Positions 27,620 to 39,167 of a stretch of 64,000 nucleotides of DNA are shown piece after piece; positions within the stretch are counted from its first letter, which is position 1; each line of letters opens with the position of its first letter. The stretch spans positions 16,438-80,437 of the forward strand of contig JAHIPV010000017.1 of NCBI GenBank assembly GCA_018902845.1, given 5' to 3'. The stretch comes from Patescibacteria group bacterium (GTDB lineage: Bacteria; Patescibacteriota; Microgenomatia; UBA12405). Both the position numbers and the translations under genes were made by a program. The notes beneath the pieces are model-generated. The model saw only the letters and a program-made list of their open reading frames with translations. It was not told the origin of the DNA and searched no databases.

Positions 27620-29194
27620 ATGTCAGAAGAACAGAAACGATTACTTGAAAAACAACTATGGGGAGTGGCAAATATTCTCAGAGGAAAAATGAATGCCGAT
27701 GAATACAAGAACTACATCCTCGGCTTTATTTTTTATAAATACCTCTCGGAAAGACTTGAAAAATATGTCAACGGAAAACTCCTCTCCCGTGAGAATTACA
27801 CATTTGAAGAAATAAAAGAGGACACCAAACAAGGTAAGGCGATTGTAGAAGAAGTAAAAAAAGCCAGCATCAATCATCTTGGCTTTTTTCTTAAACCCAG
27901 CCAGCTGTTCTCATATCTCGTCAAAAAAGGAAACGGTGAGATCAAAAATCAAGAGAACTTCATTTTAGAAGACCTAAAAAATATTCTTAACACTGTTGAA
28001 CAGACTTCGATGGGTACTTCCAGCGAAGACGACTTCAAGGGTTTGTTTGATGATGTAGATTTAACTTCATCCAAATTGGGAAAAGGCGAGAAAAAGAAAA
28101 ATGAAGTCATTGTCGAAGTTCTTACGGTTCTAAATGGTATTGACTTTAAGCTCGAAGATTCTAAAAGTGACCTTCTGGGTGATGCATATGAATATCTAAT
28201 CGGTAAGTTTGCTGCAGGTGCGGGTAAAAAGGGTGGCGAGTTTTATACTCCTGCCCAGGTTTCTAGACTTCTTGCCAAAATAGTTACATTGGGCAAGAAA
28301 AAACTTCGTTCTGTATACGACCCTACGTGTGGTTCGGGTTCTCTTCTCTTGCGTCTTAAAGACTATATTGTCTCCGATTATTATGGACAAGAACTTAACC
28401 CTACAACATACAACCTTGCTCGTATGAATATGATTCTGCATGATATACACTTTGACCGTTTCTCAATTCGTCACGGTGACACTCTAACAGATGATATGCA
28501 CTTAGACCTTCAAGCAGAAGCCATTGTAGCCAATCCTCCCTTTGGTGCCAAGTGGAAAAGCACTGATGATCCAGCACTAGCAAATGATGAAAGATTCACG
28601 CAATATGGTAGATTAGCTCCTAAAGGTAAGGCTGATTATGCCTTCGTGACTCATATGCTTCACCACCTGTCAGATAACGGCACCATGGCGATTGTATTGC
28701 CTCACGGAGTGTTATTTAGATATGGTGCAGAAGGTGAAATACGCAAATACATCATTGAAAAACAGAACTATTTAGATGCTGTTATTGGTCTTCCTTCAAA
28801 CCTTTTCTATGGTGCGGGTATTTCAGCAATAGTCTTGGTGTTTAAGAAGTGTCGCCGAGAGGATAAGGACATTTTGTTTATAGACGCTTCAAAAGAATTT
28901 GAAAAACAAAAAAATCAAAACTATCTTACAGATGAAAATATCACTAAAATATTTAACACTTACAAGGAGCGTAAAGTAAGTGATAAATACTCACATAAGG
29001 CTTCGCTAGAGGAGATTAAGGAAAATGATTACAACTTGAACATTCCTCGATATGTAGACACTTTTGAGGAAGAAAAACCTATTGATCTTAAAGAGGTGGC
29101 AATAAAGCTTAAAAAGCTAAACAAGGAGGAGCTGGGGCTTCAAAAGAAAATAGCTCGATTTTGTGATGAATTAAAAATAGCTAAACCCTTTTGA
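27620..29194 (+). CDS. hsdM: Type I R-M methyltransferase
   Basis: GEFYTP, DPTCGSG, NPPF, LPHGVLF, YNLNIPRY. Confidence 0.95.
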   Translation: MSEEQKRLLEKQLWGVANILRGKMNADEYKNYILGFIFYKYLSERLEKYVNGKLLSRENYTFEEIKEDTKQGKAIVEEVKKASINHLGFFLKPSQLFSYLVKKGNGEIKNQENFILEDLKNILNTVEQTSMGTSSEDDFKGLFDDVDLTSSKLGKGEKKKNEVIVEVLTVLNGIDFKLEDSKSDLLGDAYEYLIGKFAAGAGKKGGEFYTPAQVSRLLAKIVTLGKKKLRSVYDPTCGSGSLLLRLKDYIVSDYYGQELNPTTYNLARMNMILHDIHFDRFSIRHGDTLTDDMHLDLQAEAIVANPPFGAKWKSTDDPALANDERFTQYGRLAPKGKADYAFVTHMLHHLSDNGTMAIVLPHGVLFRYGAEGEIRKYIIEKQNYLDAVIGLPSNLFYGAGISAIVLVFKKCRREDKDILFIDASKEFEKQKNQNYLTDENITKIFNTYKERKVSDKYSHKASLEEIKENDYNLNIPRYVDTFEEEKPIDLKEVAIKLKKLNKEELGLQKKIARFCDELKIAKPF

Positions 29195-30444
29195 GCATGA
29201 GTACTCCAAGCACACAGGCAACGCCAATGATTCCACGACTTCGTTTTTCTGAATTTTCTAACGAATGGAAAGAGAAAAAACTAGGAGATGTTTTTAATAG
29301 AATTACAGATAAAAATGTGACTAATAATAAAAATGTTTTAACAATCTCGGCTCAACGAGGATTAATTAATCAAAAAGATTTTTTCACCAAATCTGTATCA
29401 GCAAAAAATATTACTGGTTATTTTTTTCTTAAAAAAAACGATTTTGCTTACAACAGAAGCCATTCTAAAGGTTACCCTATAGGGGTAATTAAGAGACTTG
29501 TCAATTATGATCGTGGCGTAGTTTCAACTTTGTATATTTGTTTCAGATTGGATAACGCAAATTATTCCGAAGTTTTTTTTGAAAAATATTTTGAGAGTAG
29601 ACATGTTAATCGTGAAATAAGTAAAATTGCTCAAGAAGGTGCGAGAAATCATGGTTTACTAAACATGAGCGTTATAGATTTTTTCAATGATGTTGCAATC
29701 AAATTTCCAAGACAATTAGAACAGCAAAAAATTACCAACTTTCTAGGGCCAGTAGATGCCTGGATTAACAACTTACAATTTCAGAAAGAATATCTTGAAG
29801 ACTATAAAAAAGGCATTATACAAAAGATCTTTAGCCGGGAGATTAGGTTCAAAGACGATAATGGAAAAGATTTCCCAGGGTGGGAAGATAGGAATTTTTG
29901 CAAAATACTTACAGAACACAAAATGAAGAGCCGTGGAAAGGAAGAAGTGTTTTCTGTTTCGGTACATAAGGGGTTGATCAATCAGATTAAGCATCTTGGT
30001 AGAAGTTACTCCGCCAAGAATACTGGGCATTACAATTTGGTAAAACCACATGATGTGGTATATACAAAGAGCCCAACGGGGAGATTTCCTTTTGGAATAA
30101 TTAAACAGAGTATACTCAGGAAAAACGTGATAGTGTCTCCGCTATATGGTGTGTTTACCCCCGAGACGTCAGGGCTTGGATATATGTTAAATGCGTATTT
30201 CGAATCCAATATAAATACACATAATTATCTAGCTCCGATCGTACAGAAAGGTGCAAAAAACACAATGAACATCACTAACAAAACTTTTTTGTCAAGAAGT
30301 TTAGTACTACCTGTTTCAAAAAAAGAACAACAAAAAATTGCTGATTTCCTAATTTCTATTGACACGCTGATCGAATCAAAAAACAGTCAAGTTACAAAAG
30401 CTAAGAGCTGGAAAAAAGGCTTGATGCAACAAATGTTTGTATAA
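29191..30444 (+). CDS. hsdS: Type I R-M specificity subunit
   Basis: PRLRFSEF, two TRDs with EQQKI conserved regions, KKGLMQQMF. Confidence 0.92.
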   Translation: MSMSTPSTQATPMIPRLRFSEFSNEWKEKKLGDVFNRITDKNVTNNKNVLTISAQRGLINQKDFFTKSVSAKNITGYFFLKKNDFAYNRSHSKGYPIGVIKRLVNYDRGVVSTLYICFRLDNANYSEVFFEKYFESRHVNREISKIAQEGARNHGLLNMSVIDFFNDVAIKFPRQLEQQKITNFLGPVDAWINNLQFQKEYLEDYKKGIIQKIFSREIRFKDDNGKDFPGWEDRNFCKILTEHKMKSRGKEEVFSVSVHKGLINQIKHLGRSYSAKNTGHYNLVKPHDVVYTKSPTGRFPFGIIKQSILRKNVIVSPLYGVFTPETSGLGYMLNAYFESNINTHNYLAPIVQKGAKNTMNITNKTFLSRSLVLPVSKKEQQKIADFLISIDTLIESKNSQVTKAKSWKKGLMQQMFV

Positions 30445-30446
30445 AT

Positions 30447-33248
30447 ATGACACACCAATCCGAACAACAACTAGAAACTGCCTTAATCAAGCAATTACAT
30501 GAGCTTGGTTTCTCTAATGTGGACATAAAAGATCATAATTCTTTGAAAAATAACTTACGATCTCAACTAGAAAAGTTTAACCAAACATCTTTTTCTGACT
30601 CTGAGTTCGCCAGAATAATGAACCACCTTAACAGAGGGGATAGATTTCAAAAAGCCAAGACTCTACGAGACCGATATGCACTTTCTCGTGATGATGAGAG
30701 CAAAATTTTTATCCGTTTCTTTAACATGGATCAATGGTGTAAGAATGAATATCAAGTAACCCACCAGATCACCCAAGAAGGCTCTTACAAGAACCGTTAT
30801 GATGTTACGTTGCTAATAAACGGATTACCCCTTGTTCATATTGAACTCAAACGTCGCGGGATGGAGATGAAGGAAGCTTTTAACCAAATCCAGCGATACC
30901 ATAAACACTCATTTACAGGAACTATATTTGAATACGTACAAATATTTGTTATTTCAAACGGGGTCAATACTAAGTATTTTTCAAACAACCCAAAACAATC
31001 ATTTGAACAAACATTTTTCTGGACAGATGAAAAAAACAAGAAGATTACTAAGCTTGATGCATTTGCAAATGCATTTCTAGAGAAATGCTTCGTGTCAAAG
31101 ATGATTGCCGAGTACACCGTACTTGCTGAAGCAAAGAAAATCCCCATGGTGCTTCGACCATACCAGTACTACGCGGTCAGAGCTATAGAAAAAAGAGTTC
31201 AAGAGTCAGATAAAAACGGCTACATCTGGCACACTACCGGATCAGGCAAAACACTAACTTCATTCAAGGCCAGTCAGATATTGTCGCAAATGCCAGAAAT
31301 CAAAAAGGTTTTGTTTGTGGTTGACCGCAAAGACTTGGACATTCAAACCACCAAAGAGTTTAACTCTTTTTCAGACGGTTCAGTCGATGGAACCAATAAC
31401 ACTCGCAACCTTGTGGCACAATTAGAAGACAAAAATCGAAAACTTATCGTTACCACTATTCAAAAATTAGACATTGCTGTTAGCAGGGAAAGTTATCTAA
31501 AAAAACTCTTGCATTTAGAAAACGAAAAAGTGGTAATTATCTTTGATGAGTGTCATCGTAGTCAATTTGGTGTAACCCATGGAAGAATTAAAAAGTTTTT
31601 TGGTAAAGCTCAATTGTTTGGATTTACCGGAACCCCCATATTCGCTGACAATAATGTTGGTGGAGTAACCACGGCAGATGTTTTTGGTTCTCCTCCACTA
31701 CATAAATACATAATCACTAACGCCATTTCTGATAATAATGTACTCGGATTTTCCGTTGAGTATGTGGGTAAGTATAAGCAGAAATCACCGGACACACTTG
31801 ATGCAGATATCTTTGCCGACACTATGGTCGAGGGAATTAACACAAGAGAGGTTCTAGAAGATGATGGTCGTCTTGAAAAAATTTCCGATTACATCTTAGC
31901 AGATTGGAAGCGTAAGACTAAACGGGGTAAATTCAATGCCTTATTTGCCACACCAAACATTGAAGTGCTAAAAAAATACTACACTTTACTGAAGGACAAA
32001 AAACCAGACGACTTCTCAATGGCAACCATTTTTACTTATCATGCAAATGAGGATGACAGCTCAGACATGCTCGACGTAGACGTATTTGCGGGAGAGGGAA
32101 CTACTGGAAATAAGCATTCACGAGATTTTTTGGAAGACTGCATTGAAGACTACAACAAAAAGTTTTCAACCAACTACTCAACAGACCGTTTTTATGACTA
32201 TTACCGAGACCTACAAAAGCGAATCAAAAATAAGGAAGTGGATCTAGTACTTGTAGTAAATATGTTTTTAACAGGTTTTGACAGTCCTAGACTTAACACT
32301 CTTTATGTTGACAAAAATCTACGATATCACGGTTTAGTTCAAGCATATTCTCGTACCAATAGACTTCTTAATTCTGATAAGCCTCATGGAAACATTATTT
32401 CATTTAGAAATCTAAAAGACGCCACAGACACCGCACTTGCCTTGTTTGGAGATGAAAATGCCAAAGAAGTTGTTTTCAAGAAACCTTATGAGGAACAGAA
32501 AAATAATTTCAAAACTAAGTTAACAGAACTAAAGGAAAAAACACCTACACTTAAATCAATAGACGAATTGCACAGCGAAGAAGAAAGAGCCGGCTTTGTT
32601 AGAACATTTAGAGATCTGTTACGCATCAAATCATCCTTAGAAACTTTCGCTGAATTTACATTTGACGACTTAGGAATATCTGAACAAGAGTTTTATGACT
32701 ATCAAAGCAAATACTTAGACATTTACGATGAACGCAAAAAAGACGATAGTGGCGTTGAATCGATTCTTGATCAAATCGATTTTGAATTAGAACTCACAGT
32801 TAGAGATATCATAAACTTTGACTATATTATTCTCCTGATCGCTGGTCTAAAAAACATTAAATCCGACACAGTAAGAAATAAGAAAACAGAAGAAATACTT
32901 CGAATATTTGATCAGGATGTACAGTTACGTAAAAAGAAAGATTTAATCAAGAAATTTATCGAAGAGAATCTTCCAAAAATTGGTAAATCAGACGATGTTG
33001 AAAAAGCGTTTAGCGAGTTCTGGAAAAGTGAGAGGTCGAGGGTGTTGAGAGAAGTTGCTGAAACAGAAAGTATACCAGTAGAAAAAATGGAAAACTTGAT
33101 TGGTGACTATGTCTACTCGCAAAAAACACCCAAAGATCAAGAAATCGCCGATTTACTCCCCCAACAACCAAAAATACTGGAGTTTGGGAGTGTTGTTAGC
33201 AAAATAAAGAATGCTATCAAAAATATCGTGGACGTATTTGAGTGGTAA
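30447..33248 (+). CDS. hsdR: Type I R-M restriction subunit
   Basis: [46 protein letters not shown]. Confidence 0.95.
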   Translation: MTHQSEQQLETALIKQLHELGFSNVDIKDHNSLKNNLRSQLEKFNQTSFSDSEFARIMNHLNRGDRFQKAKTLRDRYALSRDDESKIFIRFFNMDQWCKNEYQVTHQITQEGSYKNRYDVTLLINGLPLVHIELKRRGMEMKEAFNQIQRYHKHSFTGTIFEYVQIFVISNGVNTKYFSNNPKQSFEQTFFWTDEKNKKITKLDAFANAFLEKCFVSKMIAEYTVLAEAKKIPMVLRPYQYYAVRAIEKRVQESDKNGYIWHTTGSGKTLTSFKASQILSQMPEIKKVLFVVDRKDLDIQTTKEFNSFSDGSVDGTNNTRNLVAQLEDKNRKLIVTTIQKLDIAVSRESYLKKLLHLENEKVVIIFDECHRSQFGVTHGRIKKFFGKAQLFGFTGTPIFADNNVGGVTTADVFGSPPLHKYIITNAISDNNVLGFSVEYVGKYKQKSPDTLDADIFADTMVEGINTREVLEDDGRLEKISDYILADWKRKTKRGKFNALFATPNIEVLKKYYTLLKDKKPDDFSMATIFTYHANEDDSSDMLDVDVFAGEGTTGNKHSRDFLEDCIEDYNKKFSTNYSTDRFYDYYRDLQKRIKNKEVDLVLVVNMFLTGFDSPRLNTLYVDKNLRYHGLVQAYSRTNRLLNSDKPHGNIISFRNLKDATDTALALFGDENAKEVVFKKPYEEQKNNFKTKLTELKEKTPTLKSIDELHSEEERAGFVRTFRDLLRIKSSLETFAEFTFDDLGISEQEFYDYQSKYLDIYDERKKDDSGVESILDQIDFELELTVRDIINFDYIILLIAGLKNIKSDTVRNKKTEEILRIFDQDVQLRKKKDLIKKFIEENLPKIGKSDDVEKAFSEFWKSERSRVLREVAETESIPVEKMENLIGDYVYSQKTPKDQEIADLLPQQPKILEFGSVVSKIKNAIKNIVDVFEW

Positions 33249-33493
33249 TAAAAAAATACAAAACTTTTCCCCATTCTCACTTCAAAAACAAACTCCTTTA
33301 CTTGCCCCCTAACCATTCGAGCAGTGACCAACCGAGGGAGCTAGTTACTTCTTTTATAACTTTCTTCTGCCTGCGCCAAGTTGAAAATAGAGACATTTCA
33401 ATCCTCTTGCTAATTGCCTTTTGTTTAGCCCGATACTCTTTTTGTTTTTCTCATAGTAGCTCATAATGCTCCGTTTTAAATTATAATTCCCTA

Positions 33494-33871
33494 ATGAAAC
33501 TTTGGGTAAAAATATTACCCGTTTTCTTCTTTTTCTACTTAATCTCTCCATTGCCCGCTTTCTCAAGATCTGGCTGTTGTTCACATCATGGCGGAGTTTG
33601 TGGCTGTCGTTGTTGTGATGGCTCAGCTCTGTCAGCTAAATGCGCTCCATACTATCCAAGTTGTAACTCTAAGCCTATTATTCCTACACACACCCTTAAA
33701 CCAACCGTGACCTCAACTGATTCACTAGAGGTGCTGGGATCAATTGATGGTAGTGATTCAAATCAAGATTCAGATAACAATGACGGTAGTACTGTTAGTG
33801 GGCTTTTGTTGGCAGGTGCAGGATATGGGGGCTACAGCATTTTGAAAAACAAAAAAAGAAAAATCAGCTAA
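33494..33871 (+). CDS. Small secreted/anchored Cys-rich protein
   Basis: Signal peptide, RSGCCSHHGGVCGC motif, Thr/Ser linker, C-terminal hydrophobic segment with basic tail. Confidence 0.6.
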   Translation: MKLWVKILPVFFFFYLISPLPAFSRSGCCSHHGGVCGCRCCDGSALSAKCAPYYPSCNSKPIIPTHTLKPTVTSTDSLEVLGSIDGSDSNQDSDNNDGSTVSGLLLAGAGYGGYSILKNKKRKIS

Positions 33872-33996
33872 TTAGCCCAAGAATTTTTTACTTGCTCTAT
33901 GGCAACGACTTTTCATTCAGTGAACTCTTATTTCACATTTAACCCCCTATCTAGTTGAGAAATTAGTTATTACAGGATATAATTCCGTCTTGACCT

Positions 33997-36249
33997 TTGT
34001 GGTCTCTTTTTTTATGTAAGATGAAAATGAAACTATCTACTAAATTTGCCAACGCTATCAGTCTAATCATCCCCGTTTTTAACGAAACAGAAAACATTGA
34101 AATCTTACTTCTGCGTCTTAACACAACTTTAAGAAAAGCCAAATTTCAATATGAATTAATTTTCATCGACGACCATTCTACTGATGGCACATTTGAAAAA
34201 CTAAAAGAACTGGCAATGACTATCCCACCCATTAGGCTTTATAGAAAACAAGGTAGACAGGGCAAGGCATATTCACTATTACAAGGTTTTAAACTGGCCA
34301 AATATCCGATAGTAGGAATGATTGACGCTGATCTTTCTTATCCGCCGGAAGCAATTCCTCAAATGTTTCAAAAGCTTGAAAATTGTGACATTGTAATTGC
34401 TAATCGAAATTATCTTCATGATGTAAGCAAAATTCGTAAAATTTTAGGAAAAACTTTTCAATCCATTTTTGGCAAAACTCTTTTTAGACTCAACTATGAC
34501 GTTCAATCAGGTTTAAAAATTTTTAAAAGAGAAATAATTGAAAGAATTTCTCTTAATCCCACTAAATGGACATTTGATTTAGAATTTTTGTTCAAAGCTT
34601 TTAACGCCGGTTACAATATTGAGGCTTTTGATATCGAGTTTGGACCACGCAAACAAGGAACAAAAAAACTCAAACTAATTCCAGCCGCCCTAGAAATGGC
34701 TTCAATGGCTGTTAAATTAAAACTTTCCCCCATCATGCCGGCAATAATTCCACCGGAAAATGGCCAAAACATGAAAGGTTCAGGCTTTGTGTACAAAAGA
34801 CAAAAATTTATTACTCATACTGATATCTCCGAGCAGGAAAGTGCATTAAAAAACCTATCTGCCATGCAAATAATTGTTTTTGCATTTCTTTTCATCATAT
34901 TAACTATCTTCTTTTTATACGGTTGGCACAAAACTTTAGTTTTCTTAATCGGATCCATTACCCTTCTTTACTTTTTCGATTTGATTTTTAACTTATTTTT
35001 AATCATAAGAAGCTTTCAAAAACCAAAAGAAATCACATTCACCAAAAATGAATTAAAAGAAAAAAGAAATTGGCCTATCTATACTATTTTTTGCCCGCTT
35101 TACAAAGAAACAGAAGTTATCGCTCAATTTGCCAAGGCAATTCAAGATCTTAATTACCCAAAGGACAAGCTTGATGTGTTGCTTCTTCTGGAAGAAAGCG
35201 ACAAAGAAACTATACAAGTAGCCAAAGACTTAAATCTGCCTGAATATTTTCGATTAATTATTGTTCCTCATTCTCTGCCAAAAACAAAACCAAAAGCCTG
35301 CAATTATGGTCTGGCTTATGCCAAAGGCCAATACGCAGTTATTTATGATGCCGAGGACATTCCGGATCCATTACAGCTCAAAAAAGCCATTTTAACTTTT
35401 GAAAAAACTCAAAATGAAAATGTTGTATGTGCCCAAGCCAAGCTTAATTTTTATAATCCACATCAAAATCTTTTAACCCGTCTTTTTACGGCTGAATATT
35501 CTTTGTGGTTTAATCTGGTTTTAACCGGACTGCAATCAATTGGAGCACCGATTCCTCTTGGTGGAACCTCTAATCATTTTAGAGTTAAGGATTTAAACGA
35601 ATTAAAAGGATGGGATCCATTTAATGTTACCGAAGATTGTGATTTAGGAATGAGGCTTTGCAAAAGAGGCTACTCTACTGCAATTTTTGACTCTACCACC
35701 ATGGAAGAAGCCAACAGTAATTTTAAAAACTGGTTTCACCAACGTTCCCGATGGATAAAGGGTTACATGCAAACTTATCTGGTCCATATGCGCCGACCAC
35801 AGGAATTTCTTTCTGATTGGAAAAAACCGCATGTGATTACTTTTCAATTAGTGGTTGGAGGCAAAGTTGTATCAATGTTTATTAATCCTTTAATGTGGCT
35901 GACAACTATTTCTTATTTTCTCTTGCGCCCCTTAGTAGGATCTTTTATAGAATCTTTATATCCACCCACAATTTTTTACATGGCAATTATTTCACTTGTT
36001 TTTGGCAACTTCCTTTATATGTATTACTACATGGTTGGTTGTGCCAAAAAAGAGCAATGGGAACTGATAAAATACGCCTTTTTAACACCAATTTATTGGT
36101 TGATGATGAGTGTAGCCGCAGTTATGGCATTGGTCCAACTTGTAACCAATCCTCACTACTGGCCCAAAACTACTCATGGTTTACATTTGAAAAAAGACCC
36201 AAAAACCGGTCAAGCCATCCTAGTCCCCGCCACTGCCAACGGCGATTAA
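33997..36249 (+). CDS. Double GT2 fusion: DPM-synthase-like domain plus processive CesA-like domain
   Basis: N-terminal IIPVFNE/IDDHSTD/DADL; C-terminal YDAED, GGTSNHF, TED, QRSRW with TM helices; start probably ATG 34021 or 34027. Confidence 0.85.
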   Translation: MWSLFLCKMKMKLSTKFANAISLIIPVFNETENIEILLLRLNTTLRKAKFQYELIFIDDHSTDGTFEKLKELAMTIPPIRLYRKQGRQGKAYSLLQGFKLAKYPIVGMIDADLSYPPEAIPQMFQKLENCDIVIANRNYLHDVSKIRKILGKTFQSIFGKTLFRLNYDVQSGLKIFKREIIERISLNPTKWTFDLEFLFKAFNAGYNIEAFDIEFGPRKQGTKKLKLIPAALEMASMAVKLKLSPIMPAIIPPENGQNMKGSGFVYKRQKFITHTDISEQESALKNLSAMQIIVFAFLFIILTIFFLYGWHKTLVFLIGSITLLYFFDLIFNLFLIIRSFQKPKEITFTKNELKEKRNWPIYTIFCPLYKETEVIAQFAKAIQDLNYPKDKLDVLLLLEESDKETIQVAKDLNLPEYFRLIIVPHSLPKTKPKACNYGLAYAKGQYAVIYDAEDIPDPLQLKKAILTFEKTQNENVVCAQAKLNFYNPHQNLLTRLFTAEYSLWFNLVLTGLQSIGAPIPLGGTSNHFRVKDLNELKGWDPFNVTEDCDLGMRLCKRGYSTAIFDSTTMEEANSNFKNWFHQRSRWIKGYMQTYLVHMRRPQEFLSDWKKPHVITFQLVVGGKVVSMFINPLMWLTTISYFLLRPLVGSFIESLYPPTIFYMAIISLVFGNFLYMYYYMVGCAKKEQWELIKYAFLTPIYWLMMSVAAVMALVQLVTNPHYWPKTTHGLHLKKDPKTGQAILVPATANGD

Positions 36250-36283
36250 TACTTGGTTATTTTTACCTTTTAAAAAAACAAAC

Positions 36284-37225
36284 ATGAAATTTAATATAAA
36301 AAAAATATCCTTTGTGATACCTCTCTACAATGAAGAAGAAAGTTTAAAACAACTTCACAAAGAGATTGTCGCAGTAGTCAAAAAACTTAAATTTGATTAT
36401 GAAATAATTTTTATAAATGATGGTTCTACCGACAACACACAAAAAGAATTAGAGAAATTAGACAATGTTAAAATTGTCACTCTTAGACGCTCCTATGGAC
36501 AAACCGCAGGGATAGACGCAGGAATTAAAAATTCAAAAGGTGATGTAATTGTAACCATGGATGGTGATGGACAAAACAATCCTGCAGATGTACCAAAACT
36601 AATTAAAAAGCTACAAAGATGGGATGTTGTAGTTGGTTGGAGAAAAAGAAGAAAAGATCCTACATTAAAAAAGTTTTTTTCTTTCGGAGCACGAAAACTA
36701 AGGAAAATAATTTTTAAAGACGGCATTCATGACGCAGGATGTGGATTAAAAGTTTTCAAAAGAGAATGTTTTGATAATTTAGATTTATATGGAGAAATGC
36801 ACAGGTTCATTCATATTATTTTAAAATCAAGAGGCTTTAAGGTTACCGAAGTTATTGTGGATCACAGGCCAAGACTAAAAGGGAAAACAAAATATAACTG
36901 GACAAGAACAATCAAGTCTTTGGTTGACATGTTAACTATTCTTTTTTGGAGAAGATTTGCAAACAGACCGTTGCATGTATTTGGAACATTTGGTTTTTTG
37001 CTAACCACTGTTGGTATTTTTGGCATAGTCGGTATTGTTGTTAATCATTTTTTATTTTTCAACCTGCCCTATGAAACCATGCTACTTGTTATTTTTTCCA
37101 CAATTGTCTTGGCGGGAATTCAACTGTTCGTATCGGGGATAATAACAGACATTTGTGTAAAAAATTTTTTTTCAACATCTTCCGAAAGACCTTATTACAT
37201 ATCATCTATAAAAAGTAAAACATGA
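36284..37225 (+). CDS. GT2 polyprenyl-phosphate glycosyltransferase (ArnC/GtrB-like)
   Basis: IPLYNEE, NDGSTD, MDGDGQN, GEMHRF; two C-terminal TM helices. Confidence 0.88.
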   Translation: MKFNIKKISFVIPLYNEEESLKQLHKEIVAVVKKLKFDYEIIFINDGSTDNTQKELEKLDNVKIVTLRRSYGQTAGIDAGIKNSKGDVIVTMDGDGQNNPADVPKLIKKLQRWDVVVGWRKRRKDPTLKKFFSFGARKLRKIIFKDGIHDAGCGLKVFKRECFDNLDLYGEMHRFIHIILKSRGFKVTEVIVDHRPRLKGKTKYNWTRTIKSLVDMLTILFWRRFANRPLHVFGTFGFLLTTVGIFGIVGIVVNHFLFFNLPYETMLLVIFSTIVLAGIQLFVSGIITDICVKNFFSTSSERPYYISSIKSKT

Positions 37226-37503
37226 ATAAACAATTTAACATTAATGCCATAGACTGGTGGATAATTTTTGGTTTTTGTGCTCAGTTTGTTTTTTTTCTAC
37301 GTTTTGTGGTGCAATGGTGGGCTTCTGAAAAAGCTAAAAAGACAGTTATACCTAAACTTTTTTGGTATTTAAGTATGATGGGTACTTTAATGATTTTGAT
37401 TTATTCAATAAAAAGAAAAGACATTGTTTTTATCGTTGCTTCATGTCTAAACATTCTTCTTTATTTGAGAAATTTAATTATTGCCAAAAAACACAAAAAT
37501 TAA
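37222..37503 (+). CDS. LAB_N-type small 3-TM membrane protein
   Basis: F.LRFVVQW..SE..K..VIP..FW..S motif. Confidence 0.8.
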   Translation: MNKQFNINAIDWWIIFGFCAQFVFFLRFVVQWWASEKAKKTVIPKLFWYLSMMGTLMILIYSIKRKDIVFIVASCLNILLYLRNLIIAKKHKN

Positions 37504-37506
37504 AGT

Positions 37507-39048
37507 ATGAAAATTATGAACAAAGTAAACTTTAAAGTTGCCACATTAATAATTGCCACTCTGGTTTGGTTAATAGCTTTTTCTTATTACTATTCAACCG
37601 GCAACCTGCTTGCTTATGGAGATGCCAGCACACACCTGAATATTTCAAGAAGGGTAATTGACAATGTAAGTCCCGGTCTGGCTCAACTAGGTGGTATATG
37701 GTTACCATTTCTTCATGTTTTGATGCTTCCGTTAATAGGTGTAAATTTTTTATGGAAATCTGGCCTAGCTGGTTCTTTGATAGGATTTTTTGCTTTTATT
37801 TTTTCCATCTATTTTTTATACAAAACAGGACGAGAAATACTACCAAATATTCATTCAAGTGGATTTATTGCTTCTTTGATTTATATTTTGAATCCCAACA
37901 TATTGTACATGTCAACCATTGCCATGACGGAGGTTTTGTACATAGCTACCGTTACAGCGTCTTTTTATTTTTACTTAAGGTGGATAAAACAGTCGAAATC
38001 AACAGACTTAATTGCCTCATCATTTTTTATTTTATTGACTACATTAACTCGTTACGAAAGTTGGTTTTTATCTTTAGGTTTAGCAATTGGCGTATTTATA
38101 ATATCCTTAATCAAATCAAAAAAAATAAATCAATCAGAAGGCCCTTTTTTCCTTTTTGGTACAGTTGCCTTATTGGGTATTGCTGGATGGTTAGTGTGGA
38201 ATCTGATAATTTTTGGCGATCCGATATATTTTTTACATAGTATTTATTCATCAAAATACCAAACATTGGCTGTTCTTACAGAGGCAGACATGGTTTCATA
38301 TAAAAACCTCTACATGTCAGCTTTAACATATTTTTGGTCAATATACGAAAATGCCGGAGGATCTTTAGCCTTTTTTGGTATCTTTTCTATATTTTTTTTA
38401 ATATACAAAGCAATCTTTAAAAGATCAGAAATCCAAAAAATCTTTCTTGTTTTTGCATTGATAGCTTCCATACCATGTTTTTTTCTTATTTACGCAGTTT
38501 ATAGTGGAAACGCACCAATACACGTTCTCCAGTTAACCGACAGTACTTTCAATATCAGATTCGGTATGTTTATGATTCCCTCGTTGACTTTTATGATCTT
38601 ATTCATGATTTCAATGATAAAAAGGAAACAAGAGGTAATTACGTTGATTTTCGTTTTGCAATTAGTCTTTTTTTCAAGAACCTTTTTTCACCCTATTACA
38701 CTAAAAGCGGCGGTCGCCGAAATTAATTCCGAATCTATTAATTTGGCTAATTGGATAAAAAAAAATCATGAAACCGGGAAAATACTAGTTTCCTCAGCAG
38801 TTGGAAACCAAGTTATATTTAATTCTGGTTTAAATTATTCTAATTTTGTCACAGACGGCTCTTTTGATATTTTAGAGGCCACATTAAAAGAACCAACAAA
38901 CCATGTTAAGTATATAATTTCTACCAAACAAGAAAGAGATAAAAAAAGAGATATCGTCAACATAGAGATAACAAAAAACATAAATTTTCTTAATAGATAC
39001 GATCTTGTATATGAAAACGATAAATACCAAGTTTATATACGTCAATAA
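37507..39048 (+). CDS. GT-C fold membrane glycosyltransferase
   Basis: YGDASTHLNISRR, WLP, MTE, RYESW; multi-TM. Confidence 0.8.
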   Translation: MKIMNKVNFKVATLIIATLVWLIAFSYYYSTGNLLAYGDASTHLNISRRVIDNVSPGLAQLGGIWLPFLHVLMLPLIGVNFLWKSGLAGSLIGFFAFIFSIYFLYKTGREILPNIHSSGFIASLIYILNPNILYMSTIAMTEVLYIATVTASFYFYLRWIKQSKSTDLIASSFFILLTTLTRYESWFLSLGLAIGVFIISLIKSKKINQSEGPFFLFGTVALLGIAGWLVWNLIIFGDPIYFLHSIYSSKYQTLAVLTEADMVSYKNLYMSALTYFWSIYENAGGSLAFFGIFSIFFLIYKAIFKRSEIQKIFLVFALIASIPCFFLIYAVYSGNAPIHVLQLTDSTFNIRFGMFMIPSLTFMILFMISMIKRKQEVITLIFVLQLVFFSRTFFHPITLKAAVAEINSESINLANWIKKNHETGKILVSSAVGNQVIFNSGLNYSNFVTDGSFDILEATLKEPTNHVKYIISTKQERDKKRDIVNIEITKNINFLNRYDLVYENDKYQVYIRQ

Positions 39049-39167
39049 TTGAGAATCCAAACAAATTCAAAAACCGATTCAGAAACGGAAAATAATTAAG
39101 CTTTATAAAGTATAATCAAGGTAAGTTATCGGACAGTTTGTTTATTTCCATTTTATAAAAAATTATC

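Noticed and set aside
29191-30444. Phase-variable hsdS shufflon driven by the serine recombinase
   Set aside because: Single hsdS, with no silent TRD copies or flanking inverted repeats seen
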